This document shows positions 1-12,249 of a stretch of DNA of 64,000 bases, piece by piece. The position numbers and the translations under genes are program-made. How positions within the stretch are numbered: the first letter of the stretch is position 1; each line of letters opens with the position of its first letter. Location of the stretch: NCBI GenBank assembly GCA_030704615.1, contig CM060732.1:71176001-71240000 (forward strand). The letters run 5' to 3'. The notes beneath the pieces were generated by a model, which saw only the letters and a program-made list of their open reading frames with translations, ran no database searches and was not told the DNA's origin. The DNA is from Takakia lepidozioides. Lineage: Eukaryota > Plantae > Bryophyta.

Positions 1-558
1 GCAAAGCCAATCATGCCCCGTCAACACTCAACCAAGTTCACCCAACCCAGACCCTGCCCCTGGACCCACAGGTAAGCCCCACGCCAGTCATAATCTTTAT
101 ATTTACCACACATGTTAGAGATCTTCAACGCTGTCTGGTATTGTGCAGGAAAACTCCAAGAAAGATGGGCAAGATAACTAAAGTGCTCCCCACTCTTTGG
201 TGGAGTACTCAGATCCCCCAAATTGAAACCCTGGGACTGAACCCAGATCAATATCTATCGGACTCTATGACTCAGTCTATAGGAACCAACACTGGCCTTC
301 AGTTACATGACCAAACAATTCCGCATCCTCCTCAAATACAATGGGTATGTCCGAATCAGTTTCGTCCTTTACCTGCATCATCAAACCAAGCTAAAACCCG
401 TGTATTATTTATACAGATTCGAACAACCAGCCGCAGGGCCCCACCTAACATGACTTGGGAAAAAACGCTCCTTCCCTCAGACAGAAGAGCAAAATTCTAT
501 TATTCCTCCTCAAGGCTATCAAATGAGAGTTCCACTCTGAGCCTATCCTCTCCATTTA

Positions 559-3500
559 ATGTTACTTAAAATCCATTCATGGAACATCAGAGGGATAGGG
601 TCAGCACAGACTTCCCTCAAGAAAGCCAAGCTTAAAACCTGGCTTTCGCCGCTGTTACAGTAGGACTCTATTGTTCTTTTACAAGAACACAAGTTGGATA
701 TAACCAAAATATCGTCCCTGGGAGATCAGCTCTGGCCAGCCACACATAGCTTTTGGAAACCAATGGTGGAAGGCTCAAGAGGCGGTACAGCAATCCTGCC
801 GGCGCCATCCTTGGCTGCATTGATCCAGAACGAGGAAGTTTGGTTTCAAGGGAGCCCAGTTCTTATCAATTTCAGTTCCAAACTCAACTGGAGTCATTGG
901 AATTGTCAACCTAAATGCTCCAAACTCGTCCTTGGAACGCGAAGCTTTTTGGGCTTCCCTCCACTAAAAAATGAGTGTGCAGCCTTTGTTCAACAATGGG
1001 TCGTAATGGGTGATTTCAATATGGTGGAAAGCCCGCATGATAGGCTTGGAAATGCCGCCCTTGGTCTAGGGGACAATGAGGCAGCGGCATGGCAAAGGAT
1101 TAGAAACAACTTCTCGTTGTCTGAGGCCTCTAAGGCAAGACAAACCAGAACCCAGCCCTGTTTCACATGGACAAACAATAGAATAGGAGCTGATATCAGC
1201 ATGGCCAGACTAGACAGGTTATACCTATCCCCTGGAATTATTACTGCTCGGGCAGTAATGCAGCCTCAGGAACCCATTTACAATGAGTTTGACCGTGCAA
1301 ACATCTGCTGCCAGATAAACCTTCCAAAGTTGCCCAAACGAGGGAAATGATGGTTCAGATTGAACACCTCCCTTCTCCCCTTTCCAGCGTTCAAGAGCGC
1401 CCTGGAATTGGCATGGAAATTTGTTGGGAATGACCTGCTTTGCCCACTTCAAAGGTTTCAAGCAAAACTATCACAAACGACAATCACAACTCAGTCTCTT
1501 AGCGCTGAAATAGCTTCTCAAAAGCAACGGAAAATAGTGGCACTGAAGAAATGCCTTGGAACCTGCCAACGTCTTCTTGAGCTTGGTAAATCGGATGCGC
1601 AAACCCTTCAAACATACCAGGAAGCCAGACAAAGCCTGGAAGCTTTCGCTTCTATGCAAGAGCACAAGATGAAACTCCAAACCGGTATCTATTGGGCAAC
1701 AAAGGGAGAAAAAATGAACAAATATTTCTTTGAAAAAGTCCAGATAAGGAAGTCATCCCAGGTCATAACTGAGTTGCAAGATTCGCGGGGTCAGGTCTCC
1801 TCTGAACCAAAGGTCATGGTTTCAGCAGCTCACTCACACTTTGAGGCTCTCTTCAAGCAAAGACCACATTCTCCAAGTATTACCTCAGCAAGGGAAGACT
1901 GCCTTTCCAGTCACCAAACTAAGCTCAGCCAAATCAATGCAAACTCTTTGGACGGTGACTTCACTCGAACAGAGTTATCAAAGGCTATAGACCACATGGC
2001 CAATTGGAAATCCCCTGGTTTTGATGGGATGCCAGTCGAGTTCTACAAAGCTCTCTGGCCCGTCATATCCTCTGATTTCTGTAGGATGGCCAATGAGATT
2101 AAGAAACAAGGATCAAAACCCTTTACTCTTCAACGATTGCTCTGTCAGGGTTGCCCATTGGCCCCCTTTCTCTTCCTAATTGTAGCTGACTCATTGGGCT
2201 ACCTCCTAGACAACAACCCAGACATTGTTGGGCTCCAACTCCAGCCACAGTCCAACGGGGGCCTACAGATAAAGGACTCAATGTTTGTTGATGACACGGT
2301 TCTCTATCTGCAAGCCACACCTACCAACTTGATGGAAGCAAACAAATCTCTATCTACCTTTTGTGAAGCATCCGGCTCTCAAGTAAACTGGTCTAAGACT
2401 GTTGCCATACAGGTTGGGGCCACAAACCTTTCTCAGTTGGGAGAAAATCCAATCTGGGGCAATGATCTAGGCCTTAAGTGGTTGCAGCAAGGAGAGGTAA
2501 CCACTCTGTTGGGTCACCCTTTTGGAGTTAACCTCTCCGACGAGCAAAGGATGGGTCATGTCATATCCAAACTCCAAAAGATGTTGGTCTATTGGGGTTC
2601 TCGTCATTTATCATTGACTGGAAGGGCTCTGGTTGCAAACCAGATTTTGCTTGCCAGCATTTGGTACTTCGCCTCGGTATGGTGCCCATCTGATCCTCAA
2701 ATCAATACCATAAGGAAAACCATCCGGAACTTTATATGGGGTGCTGACTCAAGTGAAAAGAACCCTAGACCTGTAGTTTCTTGGACTCAAATCTGTCTCC
2801 CAAAAAAAAGGGGGCCTCGGTATCATAGACCTAGGAAACCAAATCCAGGCTCTGTTGGGCAAGTGGGTTGTCAGACTATTGGGGCCAGAGGGGGGATGGT
2901 GGAAACACCTGGTATTTCAACATGTGGTCAATAGCTCGCCTCTCAAAACCAAACAATGGGACAAATCACTTAGATGGATCACGCAGGGCTTTAAGCACAA
3001 GACCGAGGGGTCTCCCTTGTGGAAAGCAATATGGAGCATCTGGGGCGCATTCAGGCCTCACCTGGTCAAAGAAAGCCCGCAATCTTATGAGGAAACAATG
3101 CGACAATTCCTATTCCTCAACAGTAACACTCCCTCCCCTATAGAAAAAGCTTTGGCAGCCAAATTTTTGGCATGGGATAGGCTGAAGGTCACGTAGATAA
3201 AAGATATTTGGAATGGGCAGGCCTTCTTGCCACAGGACCAAATCAATGCTATGATGGGCCCTCAGAGGGGTAACTCTGGCTACCAACATATCATTCAAAG
3301 TATTCTTGATACGTAGATCCAATCCCTCAATGTAGGCCCTGGTCTAGGCAGAATCGGCAGCTGGGTTTGCTGTTCGAATTACCTCGGCCAAGTGATCTAC
3401 ATCACAGATTCTAAACCAGATCACTTCATGGGCCTCGTTGGAACTCTCCAACTATCTCCACCTTCTCTCAGCAACCCCATTATCCATCTCCGGCGGGCAG

Positions 3501-3830
3501 TTCACACCAGTCAGAATCTGCCACTGGTCTTCGCAAAAACAGAGATATGAACCCAATGGCTCTTCTTGGTATGTCAACCGCTGCATGGCTCTCCTCTAAT
3601 TTATTCTTTCAGTGGAAGGGGGCCCTTTAATGGGTTTGGCAATTGACCCTAAAGAATGGTCTTGGGACTTTGAGCCCTTTTGTCTATCGTTTTTCAACTA
3701 CTCTGCCAAGGCTGCTTATCGCTCCGTTATCAAGCCACACCTTTTCTGCGAAAAATGGAACTCCAAATGGGCCAGGCATGGGCTGTCCCAAGCAAAGTGG
3801 AATCTCATATGGTCTTTAATAACCATATTT
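559..3830 (+). mobile_element. Degenerate L1-clade LINE, ORF2 (APE endonuclease - reverse transcriptase - start of zf-RVT region)
   Basis: ATG at 559 leads to (I)HSWNIRG. EN motifs LQEHK, VMGDFNMV and ARLDRLY (ORF 694-1350). RT motifs KSPGFDGMPVEFYK, QGCPLAPFLF and MFVDD (ORF 1360-2934). Frameshifted continuation 2855-3196 and FFNYSAKAAY..W..IW (3612-3833). Several stops and frameshifts; central RT subdomains are deleted. Confidence 0.92.
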
Positions 3831-4289
3831 TAACTAATTCTGGACTTTTGGCTTAAATCCGGACCAAACTTAATATATATTTTAATTAAAATTAATTCAA
3901 ATGTTAATAATATCTTGGATAGTAATGTGTGATTGAACTTTGTGAAATTACAAGTGATGTCATACTTGCTTCAAAATGTAACATATAAGATGTCCATTTG
4001 ATATTGAAGTGCTTGTGAAGTTGTAGTGTAACTGAACAATTCATTGAACATCCACTAGGAAGTCAAATGATGTAATATTACATTATGTAATCACGATAAA
4101 CAAATGTGTCGAATCGAACATGTGATAGACTCATAGTACTCTACTAAGCTATTTTAATATTTTACTGCCCTTCTCACACCCAAAACATCATTCCAATGGC
4201 ATTGTCTATGGATATTGTGCTTGTCAACATGAAGATTCAATCAAAATTACTATCAGCTTATATCAAGTATTGAAACATTAGGAAGATGA

Positions 4290-5075
4290 CCTACTAGGGT
4301 AGTAAAATAAGGTTTGGTGTAACTAGATATATTAAGTGCAATAAGGTCCAAGTTTGGGTGACTCGGAGAAGGGTTTAGGGTTTTAAAGGGTTTAGGATAG
4401 AAAGAGAAAAACAAATATGGACGACTCTGAGCCTCTGTAGAATGTAAAAATGTAAGGGGAATTTGATATCCATGTAATCATTCTATCATACGTTATCCAA
4501 CAAAATTAAAGAAAACATTAAGAGAATGATACAAATTTTACAAGAGGTAACATGGTAGTACAATAAAGTTTGGAGTTTATTATAAGTAGGGTACTACACT
4601 AAGGTTTTTGGTATATGGTAAAAGTAATGGTTTAGGGTGCTAAGGGTCACGCTTAAGCTTGGGGTAAGGATTATTAAAGGAAGGGTAAAGGGAAGGGTAA
4701 GGGTTTAGGGTTTGGATTTAGGGTAGTTCAAAGGGACAAACAAATATAGAAGACTCACACATGGTAGTACAATAACTTGGTTTGGAGTGTAAGTAGGGTC
4801 TAAGTACACAACCTAGTTTTTGGTATATGGTAAGAGTAATGGTTTAAGGTAGTAAGTGTCAGGCTTAAACTTAGGGTAAAGATTAAGGCCAGGGTAAGGG
4901 TTTAGGGTTTGGATTTATGGGAGTACACAAATGTTTTTGGTGTATGGTAAGAGTAATGGTTTAGGGTACTAAGTGTCCGGCTTAAGCCTATGGAAGGGTA
5001 AAATGAAGGGTAAGGATTTAGAAGTGATGATAAAGGTATAAATGGACAAACAAATATGAAAGACTCGCACTCACT
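4290..5075 (+). repeat. Degenerate tandem array (~150-210 bp units) rich in plant telomere motif TTTAGGG
   Basis: Recurring blocks ACATGGTAGTACAATAA (4550, 4760), TTTTGGTRTATGGTAARAGTAATGGTTTARGGT (~4606, 4818, 4935), GGGTTTAGGGTTTGGATTTA (~4701, 4898) and ACAAACAAATAT..AAGACTC. Confidence 0.8.
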
Positions 5076-5444
5076 AGAACGAGACATTGCAAAAAAACAT
5101 TTAGACCGGATTGGAAAAGAAAGAATCCAGGGGTTGTGCCAGCATTTTTTTTTCTTTTGGGTGCACTGTCTGTTTTGTAAGCCAGAATCCCCTATGTCAC
5201 GAATATATGTAGATGAACAGAATGTACAGCAGTGCAGAGTCCAACACGGCAAAAAGAAAATAGAGTAACGTCCACTGCCCACTCGAGGTTCAGTGCGACA
5301 GAAAAAGAAGACAGGAATGATCACCCAAAGCAAACACGAAGGGAAAAAAACGTATTTTAAAAAAGAAAAATCTTAAAACGAAAGACCGGAAATGACCTCA
5401 ACATTTAGTCCATGGATGGAAAGTGGTTAGCAAGAATGAAACCT

Positions 5445-8400
5445 TCAGGTATCTGGCTGAAGGTTAGCCACCTCCAAATTCGCGCTCGCCTTCACTACTT
5501 CCACCGCTGTAATTCTCTTGGTGCTATTTCTTGTCGTATTTTTTCGTGGCGGCATTGTCCACACGACATTGTTCACATGGATCCATTAAGCAGGATCTAA
5601 CGGGTTGTACTCCCAAACTTTTGACCAACAGTCCCTGTACCTCTCAAAGTCTGAGGGGTTACCTCATTTCTTCGGTCTCCACCACTCCATCTTCACTTTC
5701 TTAAAATTAGGATCTTCCCTTTCTCGGATGACATCTGAAATCGCCATTCCCATCCAGACCGGGCACGTCGTTGGGTCATGAGGGCGAATGAGCACAAAAA
5801 GCCCTTTCTCAATATCCTTGAACGGATTCAAGGGTATCCTTGGACGCTCGCACCTAGGGCCACAATAAGGTTCTGGAACTTTATCCGCATCTTCCATATC
5901 TTCCAGTATCTATGGCTGGATGTCATCCCTCCGATGGTTTGAGGACCAATTTGTTTTCGGCCAAAATCCCTCAAGAAGCTGAATACGATCCAGAATGTCC
6001 TGCATTGGCTTATCAAGTTCGGCAAGAATATTTCCCCAGTATTGGTCATATTGTTCTATCACACCCCGGTAATGATCGTCAAGCAACATTCATTTGGTTC
6101 AAAAAATCTTTCTATTTCTTAATACCATTTTTTATGAATGACTGTTTTTCTGAGGAGTCGTCCCCGACTCCCCATATCGGTCTTCTTGGAACGGCATCTG
6201 GGTCTCCTTCAGGGAGATTTGGAGTCCTATCAGGGTTGGACTTCCACATCTTAACGCTGGAGTTTGTAGAAAGCCACTCCGAATCAGTAGCTGACTTCTT
6301 GTACTTCATAACGGGCCAGATATCCGCATCCTTAAAAAACCGAAAGACGTGTATCTCTGAGATCCCGACCAAAGCCTCATTTCCATCATGAATACAACCC
6401 TTAACAAACTTCTTGACCGGGAACCTCCTGATTGATTTGAGGAATGTCCTGAATGATTTGAGGAATGAATTGCATATCTTGGGAGATCATGAATGACCTC
6501 ATCAAATCCGGAAGAATGTAGGTGTTGCGTTCCTTTAGCTTCTTCGAGAGATAGCTAAAGAATGCGTCAATATCCTCATGGGTGTGCCCGACCATGAGAA
6601 AATCAAGCTGGATATCTTCAAAGACATCTTTGGCAGTGAGGAGGGATAGGAAAGCAAACACCCATCTGTTTTTATTGTCCTTGGAGGAGTTGTCCATCTG
6701 CAAATAAAGTCGTCTAGGAAGTGGTCGAGCACCTCGTTTATCGTGCGGCCTGCAAGGTTTCAAAGCCTCCAAACATCTCGATTTATCTCTCATGAGCGTT
6801 TCAAAATAATCATTTTGAACTTCAGTGTTGAAAATGTTCCTTGGTTCCCAACATGTGGGCTTTTCCAGTTGGCGCAAGCACCGAGCCAACGACCCAATTG
6901 TGAAGTTTGAATTGCCTTTCCAGAATTCAAGGGAAAATTGAGCGTAAGCTCCATCACCATGTCCGTGCGTAACCATTCCTGTTAATGAGATAGGCAACTG
7001 ACCCAATCTTGAGACCATCTTGTTCGTCGTCTGTAGCCTCGGAATAGCCGTTTTCCTATGATCCATCTTATCGTGAATAATACACAGGAACTCCTCCGGA
7101 ATCATAACGGATTCATTCCTCCAGCTATGGTACAGCCTTATGCATGACTCTTGATGGCTCAAGTGCAAATCAAACGCCCGCTTATGTGCGACTTGTTCGG
7201 AACTCTTTTTAATTGACTTCTTGATCAAGTCCTTCAACATCTCGCATTCTGTGCACTTAGCAAAGGTGCTTCCTGTTTTCCGAACCTCCACGTTAGGAAA
7301 TATTCGATTCCATATACGGCTTATAGCTGGCTGCGAGACTCCTTTCAAACCGAGCAGTCTGTTCGTCTGCACCCCAACTCCCTAATAATGTCAATGTCCA
7401 CTGGGCAGTGGAGGTTCTACAAAGTGGAAGAACAAGAAAACATGATGGCATCAAAAAGAATAAAATCAGCCACAGTATTTTGAAAAAGGAAAAGGGGACA
7501 ACGAATAAAAATCGCCTCGTTGGACTCCTCTCGAATTCTCTTCCAGTTCATTTCAGGTGGCAAAATTCTCAAAGTATCCCGACGTCCTTCTCCAATGCAA
7601 CGTGTTTTGTGAGGCATAAGGTCAATATTGGCATTGATAATGGACATGATGTTCCCCTCTGCCTGGAGTGTCCCCGGTCGAGGCCGCTTGACGCCACGAT
7701 TTCCGTGGAAAGATGACAAACAACCTTCTTTACTGAGCTTTTTGTACTCTATGTACGTTGACCTTCCAATTCCGTGTATTATCCACCATGCTTTCTCACA
7801 AACATCAACACCTTCTATCGTAACATACGACCTGCGCGATGACCCATCCATAATGTGAAGTCGTTTTGAAACATTCAATCCAAGTTCTCTCCTCTCATCG
7901 AATGATGAACCCCAAAATGTAGTACAAATTGCCAAGGTTTTTCTCCAATCAAAATACTGGCAGCATAGAAGCTTGCAGCAAGGTTTGCTGCTCACCGACC
8001 TCACTTCATCCAAAGTTTCTTGCATTTTTTGGAGTCCTCCATATTGGATGGTTTCTTCTTCCTAGTAAAATGTCTGTATGCTGCTTTCTTTATGCCTGTA
8101 CCATGGTCGTCATTCTCCATGTCACTGCATGATCGTAGGAAATTTTCGAGATCAACGGAGAGTATCCGGCCTTTCAAGAAGTCTTGTTTTTGTTAACGGC
8201 CATTTCACAATCGACATCAGTGAACCGGATTCTACAGAGATTGTTCTGGTGACCAGAACCTCAACATCGTTCTCTCCGAGTTTGTCATTCAGAATGATCT
8301 CGTTAGGAATGCATGCCTGAATTCGGCCTTCGAACAGGGCATTTTCGTCCTCCCCAAGAAGAAGACATTGTAAGTTTATCCAACAATCTCTCCCGAGACC

Positions 8401-8796
8401 TACAGGCAGAACCCCTTTAGTCTCACCGTTTGATGAAATTTCATTGCTTTCACTGCTTTGTCCTTGATAATCACTATCTTCTGTGATGGAATGACATCCT
8501 CGGTTTCTCTGGGATGGTGAATCCACAGTTTCATGCGTGCAAACACATGACACGTCCCACACAACTGGAGTCCCAATCGCCTCCTTCAATGTGTCAGCAT
8601 CCATGTGCCGATAAGGCAGAGGACAGGAGCCGAATGCGTCATCACAAAAGATCAGGGTAACTGAAATGGTGGACGAACACAAGTGATGTCCGTGGCAAGT
8701 TCTTTCCCTAGAAACATTCAGACAATCTCCTGAGGCAACAACTGAAGGAAATCCAAGAAGCGATAGAAACACCCTTTGGCCTACTTGGAACCCCAT
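5445..8796 (-). pseudogene. DDD transposase-like gene (DUF7869/Sola-like RNase H fold) with N-terminal Tnp1/En-Spm-like modules; frameshifted, at least one intron (~7370-7515)
   Basis: ORF 6401-7372 has FAKCTEC, IIHDKMD, LYLQMDNSSKDNKN and FLMVGHTHEDIDAFFS. ORF 7417-8025 has a CCKLLCC..VCEKAW Cys-rich segment. ORF 8152-8796 has VVASG..CHGHHL..PLPY..TLKEAIG..VVW. Downstream pieces 6112-6372 and 5664-5897 are collinear. Confidence 0.75.
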
Positions 8797-10134
8797 GAAG
8801 TTAGTAACCTCCACTGGGCAGTGGAGGTTCAGTAAAATCCTATTATAGGACGGAAGATTAACTGAAGGAAAGAACGTCGTGACACCGAAAGGAGAAACTT
8901 TAAGTATAACTTTCTCGACGGTTCTGAATGAGAAAAACAATATGGTGTCAAAAAGTAAAGTCAATGTTTGGATGTACACTGGGACTGATGAAAAACAATT
9001 GGAATTAAATTGGAGTACGAGGGCGGAGTATAGACTACATCTATCTGAACTGTCAGATGAAGTCACAAATGCCAACCTTTGGATGATATCTGTTGATGAA
9101 ATCAACCACATGGATGAACAATCGATAATGAAGAAGCCCTCTGTAGATGAAAAATTGATTCTATGGATGGATGAATATTAATGTGGCGACTGCCCAGTGG
9201 AGGTTTGGGAGTAACTTTAGACAAACAAAAGCAAGTTTAGCTGGTGCACATGGAGAGTACACAAAAAAATGAGTATCATACTATCACACGTGAGAAATGT
9301 GCAGTTGACACTTGAGACTAAGGAAGCAGGGAGAGACTCAGAGGCTGCTTCAGAAGTACCCTATGGGCAGAGTGGTGCAGGACAGACAAAGAGATACACA
9401 TTGTCCAGAGAGGTGCGTGAGAGAAAAGAAGCAAGTGAGAGGTTCACAGTGGGAAATTGGTGCTGTGTGGAGTCGTACGTTATATAGAGGTGACATGTAA
9501 CTTTCATCTTTGAATCGCTCCAATGGCAGTGTGGTATGCTTTCTCTCCCGGATCAATTGTGGCCACCGTGGATTAAGGCGGAATCGAACGGCTTATTTCA
9601 ACTCGCGAAATCACGGCTTCATTGAAAGTGTGCACAATTTTCCATTTATTGACAGCAACCATTAACACATTAATTATGGAACAAACGATAACGGCCGCGA
9701 TCAGACTGAATTCTATCGTACTTGTACGTTAGTAGTACTACATGTCTGGCATCATTATCGTGCGGCTCTGACAGCAGACTCTGGAATAAGCGTGAAGGAT
9801 GTCGATTCTGACAAGTGGCCTGGAGAAATGAAGTCAGGCGGCTAATCGCCACAATTAATTCTGGACTGCCGTGCATTTCCGTGCTCTGCCGCCCATAGGA
9901 TGTCGACCGTATAATGACCCAAAGGTCAAATGCCTCTTGCTATGGGATTTGCAGTGGCAGGTTTATTTTAGAAAACAAAAAATTTCCTGACGCTTCATTG
10001 GAACAGATTGAAACGTAGATGGCTGCTGTATATTTTCCTGAACCTCGACTGTCCAGTGGACGTTGCTTCCAATGTCAATCCTGTCCTTGGTTTATCTTGA
10101 TTACCACCTAAGTGGATGTATGAATTTCTCACAG

Positions 10135-10866
10135 ATTGCAGCACCAGTTTCTCCAGTTGCGAAAGGATTGCGCTTGATGATTTTTGACCTGAATGGAGTT
10201 TTGTGCAAAGTCTTGAAGCACCATAAGAGCTACAATGTCCCCCGAATGTCCAAGACAGACTACCGGATACCAGCTCTTGTTAGATTTTGACTTGTATATA
10301 GGCGGGAAATATATCGTGAGATGTGGACAGAGTTGAACAAACATTTCCGTCTAGGTATATGGAGCTGCATAATGTACAAGAACTTGTAGCCTGTCCTGGA
10401 CTTTATGCTTCGGGGTCTTCCTCAACCGGCATTCGTTATGTCTCAAGAAGATTGTATCTCCTGTCCTACTTCTGTCCACCCTCAATTTATATCAGGATAC
10501 GACCCACCGAGTCTGTTCTTGAAGCCATTGATGACGGTCTGACAAAGATTTGGTGGTCTGTACAACAGGAGTAACACTCTACTCATTGACGATTCTGCTA
10601 TTAAGTGTGTGTTGAACCCGCCTGAATCCTGTCTAATTCTAAAATCGTTTGAATCCATTGAGACGGACTCTTGCTATCTCCTGAAGGTTCTCCAGAAATA
10701 TTTGCTTGAAATGAAGAAATCACGCACCGTTTTCAGTTATCTCGGGGAAAAGAGGATATGACTTAAGCCTTGTCAGAATGTTTCCACCGATCCCAAGTTT
10801 AAGCCTCTCTTGGATTATGTTGATGATTCTAATTACGGGAATCTCCGATATGATGCTTCAAAATAA
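10135..10866 (+). pseudogene. FCP1/NIF-family HAD phosphatase-like domain, copy 1 (stops and frameshift)
   Basis: LRLMIFDLNGVLC (HAD motif I variant), then in a shifted frame HFRLGIWS..VMSQEDC..LFLKPL..NTLLIDDSAIKCVLNP. Confidence 0.75.
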
Positions 10867-12249
10867 AGATTTTATTGATCAATCACGTCTGTGATTCAAT
10901 GTATATTTTTGTTTGGTTTTTCTATAGGTTGTATTGTTTTTCTATAAAAACTGTTGTCTACTGTGATTTTTTTTTCCATCTGAATTGACATTTTTTTTCA
11001 ATCTGAATTGTTTGATATCTCCTAGTCTCATCCATGCGTTTCTCCACCCTATACCATCCCGATCCTCTGAGATACAAGCCTTCTCCGAAACTCGTCTTGG
11101 GGGTTTTTTCAAATCTGACAACCTCCATTGTGCAGTGGAGGTTATCCTGTGTCTATACATTGACCTTGTAAGTTCGTTTCTGCAGGTTCATGGACATGTT
11201 GCTGATGCCAACTTCTTGTCGGGACCTCCATTGGAATCCTCCATATCAGAAATTCGTCGACAGAGGGACAACATTCACACTACTGTTGAGATTTCTGTCA
11301 TCGACGGTGAAGCATCATCCAGGCACTTGGCTTCCCTTCAATTGCACGACCATCTTCTTCAGTCCATTCCTGAAAAGGATGTTCTGTCACATGATTGTTT
11401 AGGATTGAAAGTCGAAGATGGAAGCCAACTTGACAAATGTGCAGGGGATTTCGTGGACCTCACTCTACAATCCTCACCCTCCATGCTTCCTGTCAAACGA
11501 CGTCTTCATTGGAAATCTGTTCCGAGGTAATCCCTTCGTTACGTGTGAATTCCATTCAGGATCTGGAGTGCTCAAGGGACAATTTCCATTCCGTTCTCCT
11601 TCTCCGCAACCCTTTCGACGAGGACAAGGACGAAACTTCAATTGCAACTTCTCGGCTTCCCGACCCTGCAGTGTTGGCGCAACGTTCTGCACCGAGGAAG
11701 CGGAATAGGGCCCCCAAACCATTTCCATCTCTTCTACAAATCGGTTCCACTGGAGAGAAGTTATTCGTCAGAGACAAAGCAGACTCGAGGAAGAAAATGA
11801 ATACCTCGGACATACCGGGGTCTCGTCAAAACACGTCTGTTGGGATGCCAACCCCGCCAGCAAGACTTTCCAATAAGGCGACATCGGTACTATTCGATAT
11901 CATTTCTCCACTTTCTTCTCTTTTCTGTTCGTTTGGTTATGCACTAATCTTTTCTCAACAGGCGGGGATGCAGCACGATATCTTCATCAAATTTCCCTCC
12001 GTACAAGGTACTTTCTTGAACCTCCACTTGGCAGTCGACGTTCCTCTTCTTATCAATATTAACCCTCCTCTTGAAACATTCCAAGCCCACAACATTGTGC
12101 AGGATTTTGCCATTTTCTGCACAATCGTCTTGATCTTCCATACACTCAATCATTCTAGGTCATGGGTATTTTCATGGCAGAAACACTAATGTCAGTGTGT
12201 GATTAACCTGCTCAGGATAACTTTGTCTCTCATCCTTTACATGCAACAG

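Larger units (their letters stand above)
5267..12042. repeat. Dispersed 24-bp palindrome AACSTCSACTG-NN-CAGTSGASGTT, 7 copies
   Basis: Copies at 5267-5290, 7393-7416, 8806-8829, 9182-9205 (left arm partial), 10041-10064, 11120-11143 and 12019-12042. Possible decayed copy at 4047-4070. Confidence 0.9.

Noticed and set aside
4290-5075. True telomere or CRISPR-like array
   Set aside because: The motifs are degenerate and embedded in longer units with no unique spacers, and the context is eukaryotic and interstitial.
5264-10067. Palindrome copies at 5267 and 10041 as TIRs of a 4.8-kb element
   Set aside because: They are inverted relative to each other, but five more copies lie inside and outside the interval and no TSD flanks them.
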